Positions 34,677 to 44,815 of a stretch of 53,826 nt of DNA are shown here, in pieces. Below the pieces are notes generated by a model. That model searched no databases, was not told the origin of the DNA, and was given only the letters and a program-made list of their open reading frames with translations. Position 1 is the stretch's first letter, and every line of letters begins with the position of its first letter. The position numbers and the translations under genes were made by a program. Source of the DNA: a virus (lineage: Duplodnaviria; Caudoviricetes); IMG/VR virus record IMGVR_UViG_3300044801_000056, positions 1 to 53,826 of that record; one strand, 5' to 3'.

Positions 34677-34966
34677 TCGAATCTCCATTCCAAACCATTT
34701 CGATGATCATCAATGAGCCGTCCTTTACATCGGATGAGCTTCGAATCATCGCGAAGGATGCCAAGTCGCTTTCAACCCAAGATCGACGTTCGCTCATGAC
34801 TGGAGCTGACCAACTTGAACAAGCACAGCGAGAGCTAACTCGGCTCCATTCGGAATTGTCCGAGACCAAGCAGCATCTTCAGGCTATGCAGGATAAGAAG
34901 CAAGCCTATCCGTTCATGGCAATGGGCTTCTCGAATAAGGCTTGCCTGACACAGACCATTGGGTAG
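34673..34966 (+). CDS. Coiled-coil hypothetical protein
   Basis: GTGA coupling. Confidence 0.5.
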   Translation: MIESPFQTISMIINEPSFTSDELRIIAKDAKSLSTQDRRSLMTGADQLEQAQRELTRLHSELSETKQHLQAMQDKKQAYPFMAMGFSNKACLTQTIG

Positions 34967-34971
34967 TCCAA

Positions 34972-35370
34972 ATGACGCATCCCTTAATCGTCCATGATGC
35001 TAAGGAAATGGCAGGTTGTTTCTACGAGAATGACCGGTCCGCTGTATTCCGCCGGACATGGCCGAAAGATACCGATTACGTCAACGCGAAGTGGCATCAT
35101 TTCGTTGTCGCCGTGCGCGGAGTCTATGCGGAATTGCTTGCCAGGCCTGATGTGTCGATCGAAGATAAAGACCGGATGTATGAGGCTCTGACTGATCAGG
35201 TCGAACAAACATTTAGCGATGGCGCGTCAAGCCCACTTCCGATCTTGAAGAATTCCGAGACGTTTCAAGGCGACAAATTTGAAAATCGTCAGATCAATAG
35301 AATTGTCGAACGGCGCGAATTTTCCCTGAAGGAAAAGCTGCGCACGACGACGGCTCTGTTTAGCCAATGA
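34972..35370 (+). CDS. Hypothetical protein
   Basis: Operon packing; ATG at 34972. Confidence 0.55.
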   Translation: MTHPLIVHDAKEMAGCFYENDRSAVFRRTWPKDTDYVNAKWHHFVVAVRGVYAELLARPDVSIEDKDRMYEALTDQVEQTFSDGASSPLPILKNSETFQGDKFENRQINRIVERREFSLKEKLRTTTALFSQ

Positions 35371-35377
35371 GTGACCG

Positions 35378-36175
35378 ATGATCGATAGAGAAAATACCGA
35401 AGTAATTGATACTGAAGCCAATGCGCTCGCTCCGGGCGAAACCACGACTACCCCCGCTGTAACGGAACCTGAAGTTCCAGAACAAACTCCGGCCCCGGCT
35501 TCAGAGAAACCAAGTTCGGAATTACCTTCCTGGGCATGGGCTCGTATCCATGAAGGAACGAACAAAGCCCGCGCGGAAGCAGCAGCCCGCGCCAAGGCGG
35601 AAGATGAAAATCGTAGCCTGAAAGAAATGCTCTCTCGCATTCAACGCGGCGACAATAAAGACGGTCAGCCAGCTCCTGTCACTTCTCGGGAACAATCGGC
35701 ACCTGATTTCGAAGCGGCAGTCCAGAGGGAAGCCCAAGCCCGTTCCATCCGGCAATCGCGGGATGACATCATCCGAAATGGGTATACGGAATTCGGACAA
35801 CAAAAATTCGATGAAGCCGCAAATGTGCTCGCGGCCTTCAATCTTGTCGGGGATGACTTCATATCCGATGCTTTGGCGGTCGATCGCGCCGGGGCGCATA
35901 AACTTCTCGCCAAGATCGCGGCGGAACCTGAAAAGGCTTCCCGGCTCGCGGCGATGGATTCCAAATCTCGAATTGCGGAAATGACGCGCATGTCTTTTGC
36001 TGACAATCAGGAACAGAAACCTTCCTCTCAGCCTACGCGACAAGTCAGCAAGGCGCCCCCGCCAAAACCTCCGATCAATCCCGTTGGAACGCCTGGCGAT
36101 CCCAATGATTTGATGGACGAAAGCATTTCCGACGAAGAGTTCTATCGTCGGCATAAAGCGAAATACAAACTCTAA
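35378..36175 (+). CDS. Scaffolding protein
   Basis: Acidic N-terminus, coiled coil, SKAPPP..P, C-terminal SDEEFYR; position before the coat gene. Confidence 0.75.
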   Translation: MIDRENTEVIDTEANALAPGETTTTPAVTEPEVPEQTPAPASEKPSSELPSWAWARIHEGTNKARAEAAARAKAEDENRSLKEMLSRIQRGDNKDGQPAPVTSREQSAPDFEAAVQREAQARSIRQSRDDIIRNGYTEFGQQKFDEAANVLAAFNLVGDDFISDALAVDRAGAHKLLAKIAAEPEKASRLAAMDSKSRIAEMTRMSFADNQEQKPSSQPTRQVSKAPPPKPPINPVGTPGDPNDLMDESISDEEFYRRHKAKYKL

Positions 36176-36180
36176 TCCTA

Positions 36181-36355
36181 CCTGGCCGTAAGCAGTTTCG
36201 ACCACTGCCGACCTAGCGATCTAGGGCTTCGTCCGTAAACCATGGGCCTCGGGCATCCCATCGCTTGGAAAAGCTTCCCCTACTGGTTCGGTTAGCCAGG
36301 CTTAACCCGCTCTCTTCTTGGACTCGGGAACCAGGACGAACCGGCACTTCGGTGC
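36181..36355 (+). ncRNA. Candidate structured RNA upstream of the coat gene
   Basis: Multiple nested helices, a UUCG tetraloop hairpin and a possible pseudoknot (see findings). Confidence 0.4.
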
Positions 36356-36404
36356 TTCCCCTTTTACGCGCCCATGAGGTGGCGCTTTATTTAAGGTCAC
36401 CCCC

Positions 36405-37667
36405 ATGGCCAATTCACTCCTGACTGTCTCGCAGATCACGCGCTTCAGCATTCCACTCTTCACCAATACCAATATGTTCATCAAATACATGAATCGTCAG
36501 TTTGATGACCAATTCGGCAATGAGGGCGCTCGCATCGGCGCCCAGCTTCGCCTCCGCCTCCCGAACGATTATGCCGTGACCGATGGTCCTGGTATTGCGA
36601 TTCAGGACACCAATGAGCAACAGGTCGTTTTGACCGTCTCGACGCAGCGTCACGTTGACGTGGCGTTTACGTCGGCGGAACGCACTTTAAGCATTGACGA
36701 CTATCAGGAGCGTGTTCTTCTGCCTCGCATCAATGCTTTGGCTGGTTCCGTGGCTTATACCGTCATGGCCGGGTCCGAAGGCGGCGTTGCGAATATCACG
36801 GCGAACGTCGATGCCAACAACAATATTCTACCTGTCAATGCGGCTCCGTTCACCACGGCTCGCGCATTGCTCGTCAACAATTCGGCGCCCCCGAATGTTG
36901 GCGCCAAAGGCTGGAATGTGGTTCTTGAACCAACTTCTGATTCCCGTGTCGCTCTTGCTCTGCAAGGGTTGCTCAATCCGGCCACGGAAATTTCAGAGCA
37001 ATTCCGTTCAAGCATGATGAAATCCGGTCTTGGCTTCGCGCGTTGGTTCGAAGATCAGACCGTCATCAAGCATACGACGGGAACACTGGTTAGCGGAACC
37101 CTCGCTGGGGCTAACCAGAGTGGAAATACATTGACCGTTAGCGCTCTTGGCGGAACGATCAATCAGGGTGATGTCTTCACAATTTCTGGTGTCTATGCTG
37201 TGAACCGCGTGACGAAACAGCCTCTCGGAATTCTTCGCCAGTTCGTCGCGACGGCTTCCTTTGCGGCTAACGCGACATCGATCTCGTTCTACCCGGCGAT
37301 CATCCCTCCGGCATCGTCTCAGCCTTATGCCAGCTTACCCTATACCTCGCAGGCCTATCAGACGGTGACGGCGCTTCCGGCAAGCAATGCGACCATCACG
37401 CCATTCGCTAATGCCTCGACCACCTACAAGAAAAACATCGCCTATGCGCCGGACATGGCGACGATGGTTATGGCTCCCTTGTGGATGCCTCCGGGCGGCA
37501 AGGGTGTGATCGAAGCGGCCCGTCACACGATGGATAACTGCTCGCTGCGTTCTCTCGTGACCTACGAGCCCGCGACTGATCAGCCTATCGACCGCGTGGA
37601 CGGTCTCTTTGGCTGGTACTATCCGCGCCCCGAATGGGGTTCGACGGTCGCTGATTCTGTCCCGTAG
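36405..37667 (+). CDS. Major capsid protein (P22 gp5 coat-like)
   Basis: MANSLLT...NRQFDDQF..EGARIG...RLP; C-terminal RVDGLFG....RPEW. Confidence 0.9.
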   Translation: MANSLLTVSQITRFSIPLFTNTNMFIKYMNRQFDDQFGNEGARIGAQLRLRLPNDYAVTDGPGIAIQDTNEQQVVLTVSTQRHVDVAFTSAERTLSIDDYQERVLLPRINALAGSVAYTVMAGSEGGVANITANVDANNNILPVNAAPFTTARALLVNNSAPPNVGAKGWNVVLEPTSDSRVALALQGLLNPATEISEQFRSSMMKSGLGFARWFEDQTVIKHTTGTLVSGTLAGANQSGNTLTVSALGGTINQGDVFTISGVYAVNRVTKQPLGILRQFVATASFAANATSISFYPAIIPPASSQPYASLPYTSQAYQTVTALPASNATITPFANASTTYKKNIAYAPDMATMVMAPLWMPPGGKGVIEAARHTMDNCSLRSLVTYEPATDQPIDRVDGLFGWYYPRPEWGSTVADSVP

Positions 37668-37679
37668 CCTACGATAATG

Positions 37680-37710
37680 ATGGGCGGCTCAAATATGACC
37701 GCCCATTTTC
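37680..37710 (+). terminator. Intrinsic terminator-like hairpin after the coat gene
   Basis: TGGGCGG...CCGCCCA followed by TTTTC. Confidence 0.55.
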
Positions 37711-37725
37711 TCAACTCCAACCAAT

Positions 37726-38088
37726 GTGAATTCCATGACAGCCTTCCCAGATCGTGAAATTGATCCGGTTACCGGATTTCAAATCGACAAAGAAACCGGG
37801 CATTTTGTCGGCATCGTTCCGGCCCCTATCAAATCGGGTATTGTCACCGAATATCCGAAATGGATCGAGCCTCATATTTCGCATGTGGATCTTACCGGAG
37901 ACGGCCGCCACATTGTCGGCGATCATGAAAATGATTGGGACCGGTGGGGAAATCACAAAATCCTCGTGCATGACGAAGATGATGAGCTTAAGATGACTTC
38001 GGAAAAAACAAAGGAAAATCCCGAAGCGATTGAGCATGAAGCAAGCGTGCTTGCTCCAGATGAAACTCTGAAGAAGGATGTTGCCTGA
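37726..38088 (+). CDS. Hypothetical protein (head region)
   Basis: EYPKWI motif; coupled to the next gene. Confidence 0.6.
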   Translation: MNSMTAFPDREIDPVTGFQIDKETGHFVGIVPAPIKSGIVTEYPKWIEPHISHVDLTGDGRHIVGDHENDWDRWGNHKILVHDEDDELKMTSEKTKENPEAIEHEASVLAPDETLKKDVA

Positions 38089-38816
38089 TGGCCGAATATT
38101 TGGACCCTGAAATCGCGAATGAAGGTGTTTCGGCGGAGACCTCTTGGGCGCCATCTGTCGCAGAAGCGCAGATACCTTCCTATAAGGGCATTAAGTCGAT
38201 CCTGAAATACTTCCCGCAGTTTTCGGGGCGCCCCTATCAGCATCAGACTTATCCGTGCTGGTTCTATCATCCCACGGAAGAGCCTAGGCTAGTCCAAAAC
38301 ATCATGACGGGTGAAGACCCGCCGCGCGTGATCAAGCGGGCCTCTGAACTCGCTAAAGAGCTGGGATGTGTCTATCGCGAATCGACGATGGAAGAAAAGG
38401 CCCAAGGCTTTCCTGCTAATCGTTGGGTTTATTCGAGCGAATGGCGCGCGACACCATACCATACCAAATTCAACCCGTTGAAGCCCGATACCGGAAAGCA
38501 TGTAGTTTCTGGTAAGGAACCATCCATGTCGCAATCGGATTTGATCGCGACGACAGTGGCGGCGATCTTGGCAAAGATGGGAAATGGGACGCCGGAAACG
38601 GTCCCGGAGCATGCCTCCGATAAGATCGAATTCGAGGCGTTCAAGGCTTGGAAGAAAAGTCTCGCGGCGCCAGAGGAAGAAGCTTCCAATGCGCTTTCAC
38701 CTTCCGAGGAAGATGTCCGATCTGCGTTCGAAGCGGAAGCCATTAGCCGGAACATCAAAATCGATCGGCGATGGTCCTTGGATCGGCTGAAGGCTGAAAT
38801 CGAGAAGGCTGCTTAA
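38088..38816 (+). CDS. Hypothetical protein with C-terminal HeH/Rho-N-like motif
   Basis: IKIDRRWSLDRLKAEI. Confidence 0.6.
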   Translation: MAEYLDPEIANEGVSAETSWAPSVAEAQIPSYKGIKSILKYFPQFSGRPYQHQTYPCWFYHPTEEPRLVQNIMTGEDPPRVIKRASELAKELGCVYRESTMEEKAQGFPANRWVYSSEWRATPYHTKFNPLKPDTGKHVVSGKEPSMSQSDLIATTVAAILAKMGNGTPETVPEHASDKIEFEAFKAWKKSLAAPEEEASNALSPSEEDVRSAFEAEAISRNIKIDRRWSLDRLKAEIEKAA

Positions 38817-38818
38817 TC

Positions 38819-39589
38819 ATGCCGAATGAAGCCATCCTTCCTATTCCAACGGCAGAAGAACTTTGTGCTGTTGCGTTGCGGAAAGCTGGCATCGTCGGCA
38901 TCGATGAAGCGATTGAAGAGCCCGTTCTTAACGACGCATTCCTCGATCTCAATGACCTTCTTTCACAATGGCAGAGAAACCGTTATTTGGTTTGGCGTCT
39001 TTCAACTTATTCGTTTACTTCAACAGGTGCGCAGACCTATCTGGTTGGAATGAACCAAACGGTTAACATCAATCCACGGCCCGATCGTTTGGAGTCTGCG
39101 TTTCTTCGAATTACGAATGGGACCGCGAGCAATCTTCCGGTTGATCTTCCTCTCGACATCATTTCGAGCAAGGAAGACTATAACCGGATCGTGATCAAAA
39201 CGCTTGGAACGTTGCCATGGCGCATCTTTTATGATCCAGGTCAGGATGCTCCGGGCGATACGGGATGGCAGATCGGAACGCTCTATCCGTGGCCGGTGCC
39301 GCAAGCCTCGATCTATCAAATTTTCGTGACCTTCAAGGAAGTGCTGAACCGGTTTCAGACGCTTCAATCGAAAATCAATCTTCCTCCCGAATATATCGCG
39401 GCAATCAAATGGGGATTGACGGAAGTTCTAAGAGCATCCTATCAACTTCCGCCTGATATGAACATTTCGAAGTTTGCGCGGCGGTCGCTCAATTCAATCC
39501 GTCTTGCCAATGTTGCCGTACCGACGCTGACAATGCCAAATGCTGTCAGTACAAGACGCCGTGCATATGACTACCATTCAGACACTTAA
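38819..39589 (+). CDS. Head-tail adaptor (P22 gp4-like)
   Basis: ALRKAGIV...DAFLDLNDLLSQW; RP.RLESAF; LPPEY. Confidence 0.75.
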   Translation: MPNEAILPIPTAEELCAVALRKAGIVGIDEAIEEPVLNDAFLDLNDLLSQWQRNRYLVWRLSTYSFTSTGAQTYLVGMNQTVNINPRPDRLESAFLRITNGTASNLPVDLPLDIISSKEDYNRIVIKTLGTLPWRIFYDPGQDAPGDTGWQIGTLYPWPVPQASIYQIFVTFKEVLNRFQTLQSKINLPPEYIAAIKWGLTEVLRASYQLPPDMNISKFARRSLNSIRLANVAVPTLTMPNAVSTRRRAYDYHSDT

Positions 39590-39607
39590 TCAAAAGGAAC
39601 CGCTAAA

Positions 39608-40003
39608 ATGCCAATTGGAACCACTCCGCTTGACGGCCCTTCTCTTGTTGATGGTGTATGGGTGAAGGCCGTAGCCGCCGGTGAAAACGAATCCTATGTA
39701 AGCGGAATCACGGCGGCGGGATCGACGCAAGCAGGCGCAAAACAGCTGCTTGCAGGAAATACGTTGATCGAAATCGATACGGCGGAGTCCGGGACAGGTG
39801 TTGCTCTTCCCGTGGCGATCCCCGGAATCGAAATTTCAATCTATAATGCGGGGGCAAATACCGTTACAGTATATCCCTCGATCGCAAACAATGGCGCTAC
39901 GGGCGCGCAAGACACCATCGGAGGAACAACGAGCGCGACGATCGCGGCGGCGGCTTCCGGGTATTTCTTCTGTGCCAAAGTGGGAAGCTGGGCTTCGAAA
40001 TAA
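39608..40003 (+). CDS. Virion accessory protein
   Basis: ITAAGSTQAGA...GVALP...VYP. Confidence 0.6.
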   Translation: MPIGTTPLDGPSLVDGVWVKAVAAGENESYVSGITAAGSTQAGAKQLLAGNTLIEIDTAESGTGVALPVAIPGIEISIYNAGANTVTVYPSIANNGATGAQDTIGGTTSATIAAAASGYFFCAKVGSWASK

Positions 40004-40006
40004 GGC

Positions 40007-40207
40007 ATGATCAAGCCGACCTATTATGGCTGGTATGATCCCAAAGTCGATGAATTTCGATTGAGCCTATATCCTGCCGATGCGCCGATTAGACCATCTA
40101 TCGCGCTCGGCAGTATGGACGAAGTTCGCGACCTCGCCAAACGGCGGCGCGCTAAAATCCTCTGGCATCCGCCATTGCCCCGAAAGTTCCTAAGCCATGC
40201 GGAGTGA
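40007..40207 (+). CDS. Hypothetical protein
   Basis: AAGG RBS; operon packing. Confidence 0.5.
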   Translation: MIKPTYYGWYDPKVDEFRLSLYPADAPIRPSIALGSMDEVRDLAKRRRAKILWHPPLPRKFLSHAE

Positions 40208-41729
40208 CACGCTTATTCCGCTCATTGGAGGCGCTTATCAGTCACGCGGATATATCGCGGACTATGAAATATGCGAGAACCTTTTCCCCGAAATTAATCC
40301 GCAGGAAACGGAATCGCCTTCTCCGGTCACGCATTATATGCGAGAGGGAAAGAGACTTCTATCTTCCCCCGCGACATTCGGACCCGGTAGAGGCATCTTC
40401 ACGATGTCAAACGGCGCCCTTTATGCGGTGGTAGGGGCAAATCTATATTACATCGACACGGCGTGGGAATATCAGCAGGTAGGCTATATTTCAAATCTGA
40501 CGACACCGGTTTCCATGTCTGATAATGGGGTTACCGCAGTCCTTGTCGATGGGACAAGTTATGGATATACTATTACGTTAGGATCGAATTTATTTGGTAT
40601 TCTCAATGATCCATCTGGGCTTTTCGTTGGATCAATCCGCGTCGATTATTCTGACACTTTCCTAGGGTTCGCAGCTCCTGGCACGAACAAATGGTATGTC
40701 AGTCTTTCCAATCAGGTTAATTTTAATGATCTTGTTCAGGCTAATAAGGATTCGACGCCAGATCCCATCATAACATTTGCTTTCAACATCCGTCAGGCAT
40801 GGCTGCTCGGAACGCAAAGCACGGAAATATGGTATCTCGCGGGATCGACGCCATTTCCTTATCAGGCATGGCCTAATATCCTGATTCCTTACGGATGTGT
40901 AGCGCCTTATAGCCTTGTTCAATCTGACGTTGATCTTTTCTGGCTTTCCCAAAACAAGCGTGGTGAAGCGATCGCTCTCAAGAGCAATGGGTTGTCAGTC
41001 ATCGCTTTTTCGACACGTGCCCTCGAATATGAATGGTCGAAATATCCGGTTGTCTCGGATGTCATTGGAGGAACATTTCAACAAGCTGGCCATACGTTCA
41101 TCATTTTTCATTTTCCATCCGCGAACAAAACATGGGGTTACGATCTCGCCACGAAACAATGGCATCGCCGGGTTTATACCGATGCCAATGGCGGCTCGCA
41201 TCGGGAAAATGTCTCATTTTATGCTTCGGTTGGTTCTCAAGGCGGTTATCCCAAAACCATCGTAGGGCAGGATTGGGCAACGGGCCAACTCTATGCGCTC
41301 GATCCTGAAGTCTATACCGATAATGGGATGCCAATCATATGCCGCAGGACATTTCCGCATGTTCTCAAGGACATGAAGGAAATCACGCATGTAAGCTTTG
41401 TCGCCGATTTTCAAACCGGCGAAATATCGGGATATGGGGAGAATAATCCTGTTCAAGGTTCGCCGTGGAGTTCCGCATTTAGTAGTGCTTTTGGACCATA
41501 TGCACAAGTTTCCGCCCCGGCGCTTTGTATGCGGTATAGCAATGATGGTGGCAATACATGGTCCAATTATAGGCAGAAAAATTTAGTCAGCTCCGGTCAT
41601 TACAGGTCCATGATGAGGTGGAGAGGGCTTGGCATGGCGCGCGATCGAGTTTATGATTTGACTTGGGCTTATCCCGGTCCGGCCGCGCTTCAAGGGGCAT
41701 ACCTCGACCCAATTGAGCATGGCGCATGA
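40197..41729 (+). CDS. Tail nozzle/DNA stabilisation protein (P22 gp10-like)
   Basis: CENLFPE, STEIW, TWGYDLATKQWH, YSNDGG.TW, WRGLGMARDRV. Confidence 0.85.
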   Translation: MRSDTLIPLIGGAYQSRGYIADYEICENLFPEINPQETESPSPVTHYMREGKRLLSSPATFGPGRGIFTMSNGALYAVVGANLYYIDTAWEYQQVGYISNLTTPVSMSDNGVTAVLVDGTSYGYTITLGSNLFGILNDPSGLFVGSIRVDYSDTFLGFAAPGTNKWYVSLSNQVNFNDLVQANKDSTPDPIITFAFNIRQAWLLGTQSTEIWYLAGSTPFPYQAWPNILIPYGCVAPYSLVQSDVDLFWLSQNKRGEAIALKSNGLSVIAFSTRALEYEWSKYPVVSDVIGGTFQQAGHTFIIFHFPSANKTWGYDLATKQWHRRVYTDANGGSHRENVSFYASVGSQGGYPKTIVGQDWATGQLYALDPEVYTDNGMPIICRRTFPHVLKDMKEITHVSFVADFQTGEISGYGENNPVQGSPWSSAFSSAFGPYAQVSAPALCMRYSNDGGNTWSNYRQKNLVSSGHYRSMMRWRGLGMARDRVYDLTWAYPGPAALQGAYLDPIEHGA

Positions 41730-42523
41730 CCACGACTGGTTCGACAAATACGAATATCCCATCTGGTATTCCCATTGCGGGACCGGGGGGCGTCATTACG
41801 ATGCCTTGGTATCAATTTTTTGTGACTTTGTTCAACCGGACGGGAAACGCGATCGGATCAATTTCGACACAGCTTGATACGATTTCATCGGCAGTTGGTT
41901 CGATTCTCTATCGAGGAGTAACGGCATGGGACGGGCTTGCTCCCGGTTCTATAGGTCAGCTGCTTCAAATGGGAGCAACGGTTCCCGAATGGGCAACGTT
42001 TAATCCCGCTAATCTCGGATCGGCGGCGGCGAATACATTCCTTGCAGCCCCTTCGACGGGAGTGGGACTTTCCGCATTTCGGCTGATCACGACGCCAGAC
42101 CTCGACAATCTCGCCGGACAATATCCGGGCGAAATCACGGGAAGCCCGGCCGCTGCTGGAAATATCGGGGAAGTCATTTCGAAAAGCGTGGCTATTGCAT
42201 CAGCGGTAGCCTTGGTTTCGGGAGTGGCAAAAGATGTCACCTCTATCAGCCTCACACCAGGCGATTGGGACGTTTGGGGTAACATCGCGACGAATGCCGC
42301 CGTGACTTCCGCAAATGGATGGATCAACATTGCCAGCGCAACCGATCCGATTGCCCCTAATGGGGGGGCCTATGCAAGCTGGGGTTCCCCAGTCCAGATC
42401 ATGCCGGTTGGAATGATGCAGATCACGGTCACGACAACTAAAACGGTCTATTTGTCTATCAATGCGACGTTCACGGGTTCCGTAGGCGCCTATGGCTTCA
42501 TTGGCGCACGGCGAACACATTGA
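41726..42523 (+). CDS. Tail needle/fibre-like protein
   Basis: ITMPWYQFF N-terminus; GDWDVWG; position after the gp10-like gene. Confidence 0.6.
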   Translation: MTTTGSTNTNIPSGIPIAGPGGVITMPWYQFFVTLFNRTGNAIGSISTQLDTISSAVGSILYRGVTAWDGLAPGSIGQLLQMGATVPEWATFNPANLGSAAANTFLAAPSTGVGLSAFRLITTPDLDNLAGQYPGEITGSPAAAGNIGEVISKSVAIASAVALVSGVAKDVTSISLTPGDWDVWGNIATNAAVTSANGWINIASATDPIAPNGGAYASWGSPVQIMPVGMMQITVTTTKTVYLSINATFTGSVGAYGFIGARRTH

Positions 42524-43599
42524 TGCATCCTTTTGTTGTTCTAGGGCTTCCCCGTAGCCGGACGGCATGGCTCGCGCGGTTTCTCACCTATGCGGATTGT
42601 ATTTGCGGGCATGAAGAAATTCGCCACATGCGATCCATGCAGGATGTCCGGTCCTGGTTAAGTCAGCCGGGAACGGGAACAGCCGAAACGATGCTATCTT
42701 CCTATTGGAGATTAATTCCTAAATTCGCTCCTGATGCGCGTATTGTGATTGTGAGGCGTTCCGTCGAAGAATGCATCACGAGTTTGATGGCTCTTGATTT
42801 GCGGGGTGCTGGGCAGTTTGATCGAGAACGTCTTATGCGGAAAATGATCCATCTCAATGCAAAACTTGATCAGATTGAGCGAAGACTTCCAAACGTCCTT
42901 TCTGTCAAATTCGATGATTTGCGGGAAGAGGCCGTTTGTGCACAAATTTTCGAATTTTGCCTTCCCTATAAGCATGATACGGAATGGTGGAAGCTTCTCA
43001 ATCCCATCAATATCCAATGTTCGATGATAGCTCTATTGCGATACGCCGGAGCATATCAGGATCAGCTTCAAAAGCTCAATGATCTCGCCAAATATGAGAT
43101 GTTGAAGGGTCTCGCATTAAAGCAGAATGAACCGCCGCATGGTATCGTCTTTGCGGAAGAGTCATTTGATGATTGGTATCGAGACGGTCAAAAGCTTATT
43201 TCTGATCATTTGGTCGAGGTTGGCGATGGGCCATTCGATCACGAGAAAAAAAACATTCCGTTACTTCGCGAATTGGGCCAGAAGGGCAATCTTCAAATCA
43301 TCACGGCTCGATCGAATGGCCGCATGTTCGGCTATCTCATGACGGTTTTGAGCCCATCCTTGGAATCCGAAACACGTCTATCCGCCGTTCATACAGCATT
43401 CTTTGCTTCGAAGGAATTTCCAGGTCTCGGTCTAAAGCTTCAACGGCATGCCTTACGGGAACTGAACGCCAAGGGGATCGGAGAAGTTTTCTTTCGTGCC
43501 GGGCCGCGTGGTTCGGGGCCGAAGGTTGATGTTCTCTATCGCCGGTTGGGAGCTGTCGAAGATGGTTCTCTTTATCGACTAATGTTGCAGGAGACTTAA
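42520..43599 (+). CDS. Sulfotransferase-like P-loop domain fused to GNAT acetyltransferase domain
   Basis: VLGLPRSRTAWL...GHE...VIVRRS..E...SL; C-terminal GYL...GLGLKL...LYRRLG. Confidence 0.7.
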   Translation: MMHPFVVLGLPRSRTAWLARFLTYADCICGHEEIRHMRSMQDVRSWLSQPGTGTAETMLSSYWRLIPKFAPDARIVIVRRSVEECITSLMALDLRGAGQFDRERLMRKMIHLNAKLDQIERRLPNVLSVKFDDLREEAVCAQIFEFCLPYKHDTEWWKLLNPINIQCSMIALLRYAGAYQDQLQKLNDLAKYEMLKGLALKQNEPPHGIVFAEESFDDWYRDGQKLISDHLVEVGDGPFDHEKKNIPLLRELGQKGNLQIITARSNGRMFGYLMTVLSPSLESETRLSAVHTAFFASKEFPGLGLKLQRHALRELNAKGIGEVFFRAGPRGSGPKVDVLYRRLGAVEDGSLYRLMLQET

Positions 43600-43600
43600 A

Positions 43601-44257
43601 ATGGGACTTGCCGCAGCGGTCGGAGCGGGAGCTGTCGCTTCTATCGGGGGATCTTTGCTCAGCGCAAATGCTTCGAATAATGCTCTAAATCAACAAAAAT
43701 ATATGTTTCAGCAAGGCCAACAAGCTCTGAATCCTTATATTCAAGCCGGACAAGGTTCTCTTTCAACATTGCAAAATCTGATTACGCCGGGAACGGCATC
43801 TCAGACACTTCAAAGTTTGCCGGGACTACAATTCCAACAGCAATTTGGCAATCTTGCCGCCACGAACCAACTTGCGGCAGAAGGTCTCGGTGGATCGGCA
43901 GGGCCGCTTGCAAAAACTCTTTCTGATTATAATCAAGGTTTAGCAAGCACTTATTATCAAAATGCTGTCGGCAATCTTCAAAATTTTGCTAACATGGGAA
44001 TGAATGCAGCTAGTTCTTTGGCTGGAAATGCCGTTAGTAGCGGACAAGGGCAAGCAAATTCCATTCAACAAGGTGGTAATGCCTTAGCCGGGGGTGTTTC
44101 AAATGCGGGAAATATGGCATCTAATTCATTGATGCTTAATAACCTGTTGAATAATAATAACAATAGCTCTATTTATGGTTCTACGACATCATCTTTGCCG
44201 GGAGACCCGACGACATCTCCCGCATACGGGAATGCTCTCAACTCATATTCTTGGTAG
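43601..44257 (+). CDS. DNA ejection protein (P22 gp7-like)
   Basis: Gly/Ala/Asn-rich; PYIQAG, PGLQF. Confidence 0.7.
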   Translation: MGLAAAVGAGAVASIGGSLLSANASNNALNQQKYMFQQGQQALNPYIQAGQGSLSTLQNLITPGTASQTLQSLPGLQFQQQFGNLAATNQLAAEGLGGSAGPLAKTLSDYNQGLASTYYQNAVGNLQNFANMGMNAASSLAGNAVSSGQGQANSIQQGGNALAGGVSNAGNMASNSLMLNNLLNNNNNSSIYGSTTSSLPGDPTTSPAYGNALNSYSW

Positions 44258-44263
44258 GGTCCA

Positions 44264-44815
44264 ATGGCGAATGCGCTTTCTTCCATCGCCGGTCCACCTC
44301 CGGCGCCAAATCCTGATCCGGTCTCTTCAATAGGAAGTGGTCAAGTACCAAACGCTTTAGCAAGCGGAGCACCGCAAGGACAAGGCGCCTCCCCTCAGCA
44401 AATGCCGCCACCGCCTAGCCATCAGCAAACAGTCGCGGCATTGCGGCATTTCGGATCCATTGAGAAAGAACTTACGGCACTTCTTTCCGATCCCGATCTC
44501 GGGAAATCCGATCTTCAGTCCAAGATCATCGACGGTGCCACGAAACTTGTGGCGCAGGGAATTTTAACCCCGACTCAAGCCGTCACGCAATTGAAGGATG
44601 TCCCAGAGCGTCCTTATGATCAAAAGGTCTTCATTCAAAAAGCCTTCGTCCAAAATACCCAGGCCCAAACCTCTGTTTTGGCCCATCGCCAAATGGGGGT
44701 TGCTTCTGGTATGGTCCAAGATACGGATACCGATGACGGAAGCTCCAATGACCATCAAGGTCATATCGCGAGCCTAATGGCGAACTATAAGGGATCAAAC
44801 GGCAATGCCCGATAG
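44264..44815 (+). CDS. Hypothetical/internal virion protein
   Basis: Lies between the ejection genes. Confidence 0.55.
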   Translation: MANALSSIAGPPPAPNPDPVSSIGSGQVPNALASGAPQGQGASPQQMPPPPSHQQTVAALRHFGSIEKELTALLSDPDLGKSDLQSKIIDGATKLVAQGILTPTQAVTQLKDVPERPYDQKVFIQKAFVQNTQAQTSVLAHRQMGVASGMVQDTDTDDGSSNDHQGHIASLMANYKGSNGNAR

